Source: Macrostomum lignano (lineage: Eukaryota). Taken from it: DNA of 36,945 nt. Position numbers and translations under genes: made by a program. The stretch spans positions 1 through 36,945 of the forward strand of contig NIVC01004726.1 in the NCBI GenBank assembly GCA_002269645.1, written 5' to 3'. This document shows, in pieces, positions 1 through 9,536 of the stretch (within the stretch, counting starts at the first letter, position 1; every line of letters starts with the position of its first letter). A model generated the notes under the pieces. The model was not told the DNA's origin and did no database searches. It saw only the letters and a program-made list of their open reading frames with translations.

Positions 1-199
1 TCTCTGATTGGCTATCGGGTTTGTAGCTTGAAATTCTCTGATTGCTAAGGTTTATGCCTGCTATTCTAAGAAATTATTAACAGAAAGCTACAAGAAGATT
101 TTACATAAAGTCTTAGCAGTATTTACTAGTATTTATCATTACCTAAGACAAAGTGAAAATATTATATCCCAATGTTTACTCCCCCTCTCACTTTCCCAG

Positions 200-893
200 C
201 ACCACAACGGACCCCTACAATTCGGACGAGATGCTAATCGAGTTCACGCAATGCTTCCCCCAAATGCCGCTAACAGTTGGCCAAAGATTGTCTTCAAATT
301 CAAAGACAAAAAGCACCTTCTGCTTCGCGTGAAAGAAATGGAAACTCTGCAGCCGCGTGGCGACGTTGTTGCCGCCAGTTTGGCGTCATCTCCGGCAACA
401 CGATCGCTACGTTCGAGAAGCTGCCGGACTCCCCGCTGGTCCTCACCGGCAAGGCCAAGGCCAAGCAGCCCTATCAGTCCATTATTAATCCCGACTGGAA
501 CTTCAGCATTATGGGCATCGGCGGCCTAGACAGAGAGTTTAGCGACATTTTTCGACGCACGTTCGCTTCTAGGATATTCCCGCCCGATCTTGTCGAACAG
601 CTGGGCATGTGCCACGTGCGCGCCTGCTGCTGTACGGGCCGCCGGGCACCGGCAAGACCCTCATGGCCCGCCAGATCGGCAAGATGCTGAACGCTCGCGA
701 GCCAAAAATTGTCAACGGACCGTCCATTCTGGACAAGTACGTTGGCGAGAGCGAAGCGAAAATCCGGCAGCTGTTCGCCGATGCGGAGGAGGAGTTCAAG
801 CGGGTCGGCAACAACTCCGCTTTGCATATCATCATCTTTGACGAGATTGACGCGATTTGCAAAGCTAGAGGGTCTGTTGGCGGCGGGACTCAG
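200..893 (+). CDS. NSF: NSF (N-ethylmaleimide-sensitive factor, vesicle-fusing ATPase) internal exon: end of N domain and D1 Walker A/B; contains three apparent 1-bp deletions
   Basis: Acceptor TTTCCCAG ends at 199; donor CAG|GTAAGA at 893/894. Joined translation [13 protein letters not shown]...[11 protein letters not shown]...[14 protein letters not shown]...[83 protein letters not shown]...[16 protein letters not shown] closely matches the recalled NSF sequence. The reading frame shifts near 284, 345-380 and 622. Upstream exons lie outside the window. Confidence 0.95.
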
Positions 894-920
894 GTAAGAA
901 TTAAGTTTGCTAAAATGAAT

Positions 921-1333
921 TAGGTGTCCCTGACACTGAATTTGGGTGTGCCTGACACTGAATTGGGTGTCCCTAACAAACGAAGTAGGTGTCCCTGACA
1001 CTGAATTTAGCCGTCCCTGACACTGAATTAGGTGTCCCTGACACTGAATTAGGTGTCCCTGACACTGAATTAGGTGTCCCTGACACTGAATTAGGTGTCC
1101 CTGACACTGAATTAGGTGTCCCTGACACTGAATTAGGTGTCCCTGACACTGAATTAGGTGTCCCTGACACTGAATTAGGTGTCCCTGACACTGAATTAGG
1201 TGTCCCTGACACTGAATTAGTGTCCCTGACACTGAATTTAGCCGTCCCTGACACTGAATTTAGCCGTCCCTGACACTGAATTAGGTGTCCCTGACACTGA
1301 ATTTAGCCGTCTCTGGCACTGAATTTGGTGTCC
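921..1333. repeat. 21-bp minisatellite (TAGGTGTCCCTGACACTGAAT)n, about 19 copies, in an NSF intron
   Basis: Direct tandem repetition; explains the 7-aa periodic ORFs (LIQCQGH, VSGTPNS, LGVPDTE). Confidence 0.97.
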
Positions 1334-1794
1334 TATGCACCCGTTGCTCCCTCAGTCTCGAGTGGACACAGTTTAGCCGGCTTAACAGCGGCTCCATTTC
1401 TCTGCTTCCGTCTCCATACTTGCCTGTCCCAGATTGAGCACATATTTGCTGAAGCTCATGAATTCTCAGCTGTCTCCGTATTCCAGCCTCATCATTCTCT
1501 TTTAAAAGCACTAACTGCACTGTATAGTAGGGATAGGGATGGACTGAAAGGTTCTCCGTGGGATAATGATGTCTATCAGTTCCTAACTGCAGATTGGGAT
1601 CTCTTGGGAAAATGAGAAAATCTGAATAATTTACTATAGGCTGGGGTATTTTTTGCCCATGTAGGAATTTGGGATTGGCTAGCATCTAATGCACAAATTC
1701 GATGCACTGTCTGAATTCAGCCAGTTCTGAATTGTAGATTAGCCACTATGCTCGTAGTGTAGAGACGCTTTCACGGTTAATTCAGACTCTTGCC

Positions 1795-1850
1795 AGTCAG
1801 TCAGCCTGCCTGTCTGTCTGTCTGTCTGTGTCTGTCTGTCTGTCTGTCTT

Positions 1851-1889
<39 letters not shown>

Positions 1890-1892
1890 GCC

Positions 1893-1932
<40 letters not shown>

Positions 1933-2065
1933 AGTCAGTCAGTCAGTCAGTCAGTCAGTCAGTCAGTCAGTCAGTCAGTCAGTCAGTCAGTCAGTCAGTC
2001 AGTCAGTCAGTCAGTCAGTCAGTCAGTCAGTCAGTCAGTCAGTCAGTCAGTCAGTCAGTCAGTCA

Positions 2066-2117
<52 letters not shown>

Positions 2118-2118
2118 T
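1795..2118. repeat. Compound tetranucleotide microsatellite (TCTG)n-(TCAG)~34-(TCTG)n
   Basis: TCTG about 1808-1930, TCAG 1931-2066, TCTG about 2067-2118. Confidence 0.97.
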
Positions 2119-2764
2119 TCTGTGGTTTCGAAAAAAAACGATAGCCAATTTTTTTAGTAAGAAATAGTATAACAGTACAGAATATTTTTGTTGAAAGAAA
2201 CTGGCTAGATTTTATGGGATTTTTTATCCCAGAATTTCTCTTCCTCTCGGCCTCCCAAACCTCCGGTTCCCGTCTCTCATATTAATTCTCTAAATTGTGT
2301 TTGCCAAAGGCTGCTGGTGGGGTTGGCCATGGGGTTGACGTCTCAACGTTGGCTTTCAATTAAAGGCTTATGGCTATTGGTTAATTTTATTATGAGGTGA
2401 TATTTCCTGGAAAATGGGAATGCGATCGAGAAGAGAAATAGGAGAAGACTATAAATTGTAGTTAAGGCAGCTCTCCGCCTCGGACCCATGGCTTAATTCG
2501 ACAAAAGTTCTTCTTCCTCTTCCCCACCGTCCACCGACTCTTCAGCGGCCTCCTCTCCCGTCGATCAATAAATGCGCGAATTGGCTAGTAGAATCTATAT
2601 CAAATTTCAGCTACTTTAATTTAGAATGCTACTTTCGGTTTATCCTACTGATAAGGAGACAAGTAGGCTAAATTGAACTTTGCTACTTTAATGTTTTGGG
2701 AAGCATAAAATTTCATAATGTTAGATATTTAGCTGCGTTTAAATTTGATTTTTTATTCAGGTTA

Positions 2765-4215
2765 GATTGATGGGACGCTAGATCGATGTGATGATAGATG
2801 GGATAATAGATCGATGGGACAGTAGATTTATGGGATAATAAATCGATGGGATAATAGATCGATGAGATAATAGATCGATAGGATAATAGATCGATGGGAT
2901 AATAATAGATCGATGGGATAATTGATTGATGGGATAGTAGCTCGATGGGATAATAGATCGATGGGATAATAGATCGATGGATAATAGATCGATGTGATGA
3001 TAGATGGGATAATAGATCGATGGGACAGTAGATTGATGGGATAATAGATCGATGGGACAGTAGATTGATGGGATAATAGATCGATGGGATAATAGATCGA
3101 TGAGATAATAGATCGATAGGATAATAGATCGATGGGATAATAATAGATCGATGGGATAATTGATTGATGGGATAATAGATCGATGGGATAATAGATCGAT
3201 GGGATAATAGATCGATGTGATGATAGATGGGATAATAGATCGATGGGACAGTAGATTTATGGGATAATAGATCGATGGGATAATAGATCGATGGGATAAT
3301 AGATCGATGGATAATACATCGATGGGATAATAATAGATCGATGGGATAATAATAGATCGATGGTATAATAATAGATGGATAGGATAATAGATCGATGGGA
3401 TAATAGATCGATGGGATAATAATAGATCGATGGGATAATTGATCGATGGGATAATAGATCGATGGGATAATAGATCGATGGGATAATAGATCGATGGGAT
3501 AATAGATCGATGGGATAATAATTGATCGATGGGACAGTAGATCGATGGGATAATATATCGATGGGATAATAATTGATCGATGGGACAGTAGATCGATGGG
3601 ATAATATATCGATGGGATAATAATTGATCGATGGGACAGTAGATCGATGGGATAATAATAGATCGATAGGATAATGGATCGATTGGATAATAGATCGATG
3701 GGATAATAATTAATAGATCGATGGGATAATAATTAATAGATCGATGGGATAATACATCGATGGGATAATAGATCGATGGGATAATACATCGATGGATAAT
3801 AGATCGATGGAATAATAATAGATCGATGGGATAATAATAGATCGATGGGATAATAATAGATCGATGGGATAATAATAGATCGATGGGATAATAATAGATC
3901 GATAGGATAATAGATCGATGGGATAATAGATCTATGGGATAATAATAGATCGATGGGATAATAATAGATCGATGGGATAATAATAGATCGATGGGATAAT
4001 AATAGATCGATGGATAATAGATCGATGGGATAATAGATCGATGGGATAATAGATCGATGGGATAATAGATCGATGGGATAATAGATCGATGGGATAATAG
4101 ATCGATGGGATAATAGATCGATGGGATAATAGATCGATGGGATAATAGATCGATGGGATAATAGATCGATGGGATAATAGATCGATGGGATAATAGATCG
4201 ATGGGATAATAGATG
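2765..4215. repeat. 16-bp minisatellite (GATAATAGATCGATGG)n with 15- and 19-bp variants, about 85 copies, in an NSF intron
   Basis: Tandem repetition; most homogeneous at about 4020-4205 and more variable towards the left. Confidence 0.96.
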
Positions 4216-4534
4216 GAATGGCCTTGGGAAAATAGCCTACAAAACGGTTTGTTGTTGCCCCTCCCAGGGCTGATCCGCGGGTAGCCCCCGGCTTCCCACC
4301 CCCGTTTAACAAAACGGTTTATAGACATTCGAGGCCTCCGGGAAGTTTGGAATTATATAACAAAAGAGGGTTATTTTTCTCATTTCTCATATTCTTATAC
4401 AGCAATAAAATGGTAAGCATCGACTTAAATGAATATCTAGTTCAGCATCAACCCCGATGCATCTTCGAGACCTTCAAAGAGTGGCAATTACTTTACACAG
4501 TTTTAACTGCAATCGGAATTCAAACCACTCGCAG

Positions 4535-4891
4535 GTGCACGACACTGTAGTCAACCAGCTACTGTCGAAAATCGATGGCGTTGAAACGCTGAACAACATC
4601 CTAGTCATCGGCATGACCAATCGCAAGGACATGATCGACGAGGCCCTGCTCCGTCCGGGCCGCTTCGAGGTGCAAATGGAGATCAGCCTGCCAGACGAGC
4701 ACGGCCGGCACCAGATTCTGAGCATTCACACCAGCAAGATTCGCGACAATGGCAAATTATCGCCAGACGTTGACGTGCGCGAATTGGCAGCCAAGACTAA
4801 GAACTTTTCCGGAGCTGAACTGGCCGGGTTGGTGCGCGCGGCTACCGTGACGGCTATGAATCGTTTGGTGCAGGCGTCTGAGAAGGTTCAG
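4535..4891 (+). CDS. NSF: NSF exon: D1 second region of homology and lid
   Basis: Acceptor GCAG|GTG at 4534/4535; donor CAG|GTGAGA at 4891/4892; 357 nt, phase 0. Translation [58 protein letters not shown]...[16 protein letters not shown] continues in frame from the previous exon. Confidence 0.97.
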
Positions 4892-5090
4892 GTGAGACTA
4901 TAGGCTTCCGTTTCTTCAAGTATAGTGCCGGAACCAGTATGGATAGGAATTGAAACGGCTTTGTATAAAACGCGTTAACGTGGGACTTTAAGGATTGGAT
5001 TGAAAATCACGAAGGACCAGAGTTTGATTCTCATAGTTCCGTTGTATCGTTAATGAGTCTCAATATGCTGGAAGTTGTCCATGGGATGTC

Positions 5091-6329
5091 TCGGTATGGG
5101 AGTCTCTTAGTGGGTCGGCATGAGAGTCTCTTAGTGGGTCGGCATGAGAGTCTCTTAGTGGGTCGGCACGAGAGTCTCTTAGTGGGTCGGTATGAGAGTC
5201 TCTTAGTGGGTCGGTATGAGAGTCTCTTAGTGGGTCGGTTTGAGAGTCTCTTAGTGGGTCGGCATGAGAGTCTCTTAGTGGGTCGGTTTGAGAGTCTCTT
5301 AGTGGGTCGGTTTGAGAGTCTCTTAGTGGGTCGGTATGAGAGTCTTAGTGGGTCGGTTTGAGAGTCTCTTAGTGGGTCGGTTTGAGAGTCTCTTAGTGGG
5401 TCGGTTTGAGAGTCTCTTAGTGGGTCGGTTTGAGAGTCTCTTAGTGGGTCGGTATGAGAGTCTCTTAGTGGGTCGGTTTAAGAGTCTCTTAGTGGGTCGG
5501 TATGAGAGTCTCTTAGTGGGTCGGTATGAGAGTCTCTTAGTGGGTCGGTTTGAGAGTCTCTTAGTGGGTCGGTATGAGAGTCTCTTAGTGGGTCGGTTTG
5601 AGAGTCTCTTAGTGGGTCGGTTTGAGAGTCTCTTAGTGGGTCGGCATGAGAGTCTCTTAGTGGGTCGGCATGAGAGTCTCTTAGTGGGTCGGCATGAGAG
5701 TCTCTTAGTGGGTCGGTTTGAGAGTCTCTTAGTGGGTCGGTATGAGAGTCTCTTAGTGGGTCGGTTTGAGAGTCTCTTAGTGGGTCGGTATGAGAGTCTC
5801 TTAGTGGGTCGGTTTGAGAGTCTCTTAGTGGGTCGGTTTGAGAGTCTCTTAGTGGGTCGGTATGAGAGTCTCTTAGTGGGTCGGTTTAAGAGCCGCTTGA
5901 TGGGTCGGTTTGAGAGTCTCTTAGTGGGTCGGTTTAAGAGCCGCTTGGTGGGTCGGTTTGAGAGTCTCTTAGTGGGTCGGTATGAGAGTCTCTTAGTGGG
6001 TCGGTATGAGAGTCTCTTAGTGGGTCGGTATGAGAGTCTCTTAGTGGGTCGGTTTAAGAGCCGCTTGATGGGTCGGTTTGAGAGTCTCTTAGTGGGTCGG
6101 TTTAAGAGCCGCTTGGTGGGTCGGTTTGAGAGTCTCTTAGTGGGTCGGTATGAGAGTCTCTTAGTGGGTCGGTATGAGAGTCTCTTAGTGGGTCGGTATG
6201 AGAGTCTCTTAGTGGGTCGGTATGAGAGTCTCTTGGTGGGTCGGCATGAGAGTCTCTTAGTGGGTCGGCATGAGAGTCTCTTAGTGGGTCGGCATGAGAG
6301 TCTCTTAGTGGGTCGGTATGAGAGTCTCT
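5091..6329. repeat. 24-bp minisatellite (GAGAGTCTCTTAGTGGGTCGG-TAT/TTT/CAT)n, about 51 copies, in an NSF intron
   Basis: Tandem repetition; 8-aa periodic ORFs VGRYESLL and RPTKRLSY. Confidence 0.97.
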
Positions 6330-6438
6330 TCATACCGATCAGTCGGTATAACTCTTATAATCTGGAGATGTCTGGATGAGAAACCAGTAGCTCACATGTG
6401 TATTTTGATTCAAATATCAAACGCTTCTGGATCTTTAG

Positions 6439-6933
6439 GTGGACCCGGACGCAATCGAAAAACTTTGCGTCACTCGTCACGACTTCTTGCACGCCCTCGA
6501 ATACGACATACGGCCGTCTTTTGGTGCCCAAGAAGAGGAGCTGGATCGTTACGTCACAGGCGGTCTGGTCCAATGGGGCAACCCCGTAAATCACGTGATC
6601 GAGCACGGCCTGCTGGCGACGAGAGCCGCCCGAGCCGAAGCCGAAGCTGGCGCAGATTCCGGCCGACCGGTGGCTCTGCTTCTAGAAGGACCGCGCAACA
6701 GCGGTAAAACGGCGCTGGCCGTGCACATCGCCCGACAAGCCGGATTCTCCTACGTCCGCCTGGCAACTAGCAAAAACATGGTCGGCTTCAACGAAGTGGC
6801 GAAATGCATGGCCGTTAAAAAGTTTTTCGACGACGCGCACAAAGCCAAGCAGGCCGTTGTTATTCTGGATGGACTCGAGGGACTCATAGATTACAGCCCG
6901 GTAGGGCCGAGGTACTCAAACTATGTACTGCAG
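6439..6933 (+). CDS. NSF: NSF exon: D1-D2 linker and D2 Walker A/B
   Basis: Acceptor TTTAG|GTG at 6438/6439; donor CAG|GTGAGA at 6933/6934; 495 nt, phase 0. Contains VTRHDFLHALEYDIRPSFG, LLEGPRNSGKTALA, MVGFNEVAKCMAVKKFFDDA and VVILDGLEGLIDYSPVGPRYSNYVLQ. Confidence 0.96.
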
Positions 6934-7020
6934 GTGAGACGCTGCTGGGTTACATGCCAATGGTGTAGATTTGCAACATTCTTTTGCTTTCGTTTGCCAA
7001 GAGCCTTGAGTCTTGAATCG

Positions 7021-7432
7021 CCTGGAGTCTCAGTGTCTTCCTGGAGTTTCAATGTCGTCCTGGTGTCTCTCGGAGTCCCACTGTCTCCCTGGTGTCTCTC
7101 GGAGTCTCGCTGTCTCCCTGGTGTCTCTCGGAGTCTCACTGTCTCCCTGGTGTCTCTCGGAGTCCCACTGTCTCCCTGGTGTCTCTCGGAGTCTCGCTGT
7201 CTCCCTGGTGTCTCTCGGAGTCTCACTGTCTCCCTGGTGTCTCTCGGAGTCCCACTGTCTCCCTGGTGTCTCTCGGAGTCTCACTGTCTCCCTGGTGTCT
7301 CTCGGAGTCCCACTGTCTCCCTAGTGTCTCTCGGAGTCCCACTGTCTCCCTGGTGTCTCTCGGAGTCTCACTGTCTCCCTGGTGTCTCTCGGAGTCTCAC
7401 TGTCTCCCTGGTGTCTCTCGGACTCCTAGTGT
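7021..7432. repeat. 29-bp minisatellite (GTCTCCCTGGTGTCTCTCGGAGTCYCRCT)n, about 14 copies, in an NSF intron
   Basis: Tandem repetition visible directly. Confidence 0.95.
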
Positions 7433-7442
7433 CTCTAAAGTC

Positions 7443-7635
7443 TAGATAAATAAAGGTAAATATCAACATGAAGTATTATTTGAGTTGCCGATGCATTTCG
7501 TCCATTTGCATTAGGACATCGTCAGGGTCTTTTCGTCCATTTGCAAAAGACCCTGACGATGTCCTAATGCAAATGGACGAAATGCATCGGCAACTCAAAT
7601 AATACTTCATGTTGATATTTACCTTTATTTATCTA
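7443..7635. repeat. Perfect inverted repeat: 91-bp arms (7443-7533 and 7545-7635) with an 11-nt loop
   Basis: Left arm TAGATAAATAAAGG...GTCAGGGTCTTTT is the exact reverse complement of the right arm AAAAGACCCTGAC...CCTTTATTTATCTA; loop CGTCCATTTGC. Confidence 0.95.
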
Positions 7636-7958
7636 CTCTTCATCAAGCGAGCCACTTTACCTGATCTCTAAAGTCTCTCAGAATGTCTTTGAATATCTCA
7701 TGACCGGAGGTATATACCTATGTATAATCATTTATACTTTTTTATATTAAATTCTAGCCAAATCTCAGTCTCCCTGACCCCCAGGGAGACCTTATACATA
7801 TATACCGGTTTATAAATAGTATAAATCTTCGCGTAGTCTTTCAGCATTGTATTGTCTTCCCAGTGTCTTAAACACAATTCTTTTTAAGACTACCATGGAT
7901 CAATCTTAGCCTCTCGAATTTATGAGCTGCTTTATTCCAACCAACTCAATAAAACCAG

Positions 7959-8321
7959 GCTCTTCGCGACCTCATCACGGCCCCGCTGCCGCGCAACAAG
8001 TGCCTGCTGCTGCTCGGCACCACCAGCTGCCGCGACGCCCTGGAAGAACTCGGCCTAGTTCAGTGCTTCACTGCCGGCAAGATCCACGTCAGTAATTTGA
8101 CTCAACCGGAGCACCTGGTCACCGCGCTAAACCAGTTGGACGCGGCTAAATTTACTGAGAAAGAGGTGCGTCAGATTTACAAGTCCGTGTCCGGCTGCCG
8201 GCTGAACATCGGCATCAAGGAGCTGCTGGACGTGGCCCGCATGACCAACCGGGTGGAGGAGGGCGACAGGGTTCGCTACTTTCTCGACCGGCTGAATGAG
8301 GACGGCAGGCTGACCGAGTAG
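7959..8321 (+). CDS. NSF: NSF terminal coding exon (D2 C-terminus)
   Basis: Acceptor ACCAG|GCT at 7958/7959, in frame with ORF 8097-8321. Translation ALRDLITAPLPRNKCLLLLGTTSCRDALEELGLVQCF...IGIKELLDVARM...RVRYFLDRLNEDGRLTE* aligns with the NSF C-terminus (LLIIGTTS, IGIKKLL). Confidence 0.93.
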   Translation, partial: ALRDLITAPLPRNKCLLLLGTTSCRDALEELGLVQCFTAGKIHVSNLTQPEHLVTALNQLDAAKFTEKEVRQIYKSVSGCRLNIGIKELLDVARMTNRVEEGDRVRYFLDRLNEDGRLTE

Positions 8322-8326
8322 AGCTT

Positions 8327-8332
8327 AATAAA
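8327..8332 (+). terminator. Candidate polyadenylation signal (AATAAA) of NSF; a second AATAAA lies near 8457
   Basis: AATAAA 6 nt after the TAG stop; T-rich DNA downstream. Confidence 0.4.
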
Positions 8333-8359
8333 TATGTGGATGTTTAATAACATTATCAA

Positions 8360-8454
8360 TGACGTCACTTGCTAATGTCACATAAATATCCTTAGTAGCA
8401 AAAAACTACGTCACTAGCCCAATGACGTCACTAGAATAGTCTATGATGACGTCA
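8360..8454. promoter_or_regulatory. Cluster of three perfect TGACGTCA (CRE/ATF-type) palindromes plus one near-match
   Basis: TGACGTCA at 8360-8367, 8423-8430 and 8447-8454; TACGTCA near 8407. Function is unproven. Confidence 0.3.
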
Positions 8455-9340
8455 CCAATAAATAGTTCCTAAAACCAATTGCGCTAATTGATGTAATGAC
8501 AATATTTTTCTTTTCTTTTGCTTAGATTACTTTTAGTCGGTTTGATGAGTCTGAGTATCATTTTTTTTTCAATTTTCCATTTGTGAATGTTTTATATGGT
8601 TGGCAATACTGATAAAATAATAACTGATTTTTACAGGTCTCTAGCTATCGTTACTAAAGCGTAGGTTGAATTGACAGACCGCCAATTCATCAGACAATAG
8701 CATGTACAGTTTTTACAAACTATAACAAAGCATAATACTAGATGTTGTTACTATAAATATATATATTTATATTTATACATTTCTTCTTTATGGTCTGGTA
8801 CGGAAAAAAGCAATCAATGTTTTATCGTTCAAGTGAATTATTTTTGTCGTCGTTTTGCAATTTGTTATTTCACTCAGCTATAATTGGATTTCAACGGCAT
8901 TTTTGTTGTGATCTTTGCGCTTTTATAGACGAAGATATAAGATTATCTCGTCAGAAATGTTTTCGTTTTTTGGGTGTTTTTCCGTGTTTTTTAAAGGCTT
9001 ATTAGACTCTACACAGTATGCTATGCTGAATTTAGCTAATTCCAGGCAATATTTATTCCACATGTATAACTTATCATAGCAACGAAATAGTTTTTAGATA
9101 CAGTTGGTTTTCTATGCCCAAGTTAAAATACCTCTACGATATAGAAATCTTTTTAGTTTCTTGCTTTTTCTGTTGTTTGTATGTTCTTTTTTAGGTAACC
9201 TCGCTGTCAGTCAGTCAGTTAATCGCAAATATACACACCTTAGTTTAGAAACTTTATATATAGCGATTTAATAAAGCACTAATTAATTATATGCCTTCCT
9301 TCAGAGAATTTATTTATTTTTTAATACTGTACTTACGAAA

Positions 9341-9536
9341 AGTGGCGGATCTAGCGGGGGGGGTCAAGGGGTTTGGCTGACCCCCACCAGAGAAAATTAG
9401 GGGGGTCAAGGTGGTTGGCTGACCCCCACTGGAGAAAATGTAAGGGGGGTCAAGGGGGTTGACGGACCCACCAGAAAAAAATTGGGAGGGGGCAAGGGGG
9501 GTCATGACCTCCGGGAAAAATCCAGGATTCGCCACT
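9341..9536. mobile_element. Candidate G-rich MITE / non-autonomous DNA element with short TIRs and internal ~40-bp repeats
   Basis: Left end AGTGGCGGATC and the reverse complement of the right end AGTGGCGAATC match at 10/11. Three internal units of about GGGGGGTCAAGGGG(T)TTGGCTGACCCCCAC(C/T)RGAGAAAAT. No clear TSD. Confidence 0.55.

Noticed and set aside
474-1273. ORFs of 252, 93 and 94 aa with 7-aa periodicity
   Set aside because: Translations of the 21-bp intronic minisatellite and the antisense strand of an NSF exon.
1281-1685. 134-aa minus-strand ORF and 96-aa plus-strand ORF in the NSF intron
   Set aside because: No recognisable domain; partly runs into the repeat; non-ATG or weak starts.
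4208-4222. 15-bp exact match AATAGATGGAATGGC shared with the LTR (about 23985-23999)
   Set aside because: About one such match is expected by chance in a 37-kb self-comparison; no flanking similarity.
2778-4328. 516-aa minus-strand ORF (YYPIDLLSHRSIIPSI)n
   Set aside because: Stop-free by virtue of the 16-bp unit; lies antisense in an intron.
5053-6379. 336- and 347-aa ORFs on both strands
   Set aside because: 24-bp minisatellite translations between two spliced NSF exons.
6934-7449. C-terminal extension of the 336-aa ORF 6439-7449
   Set aside because: NSF homology stops at the GT donor at 6934; the rest is the 29-mer array.
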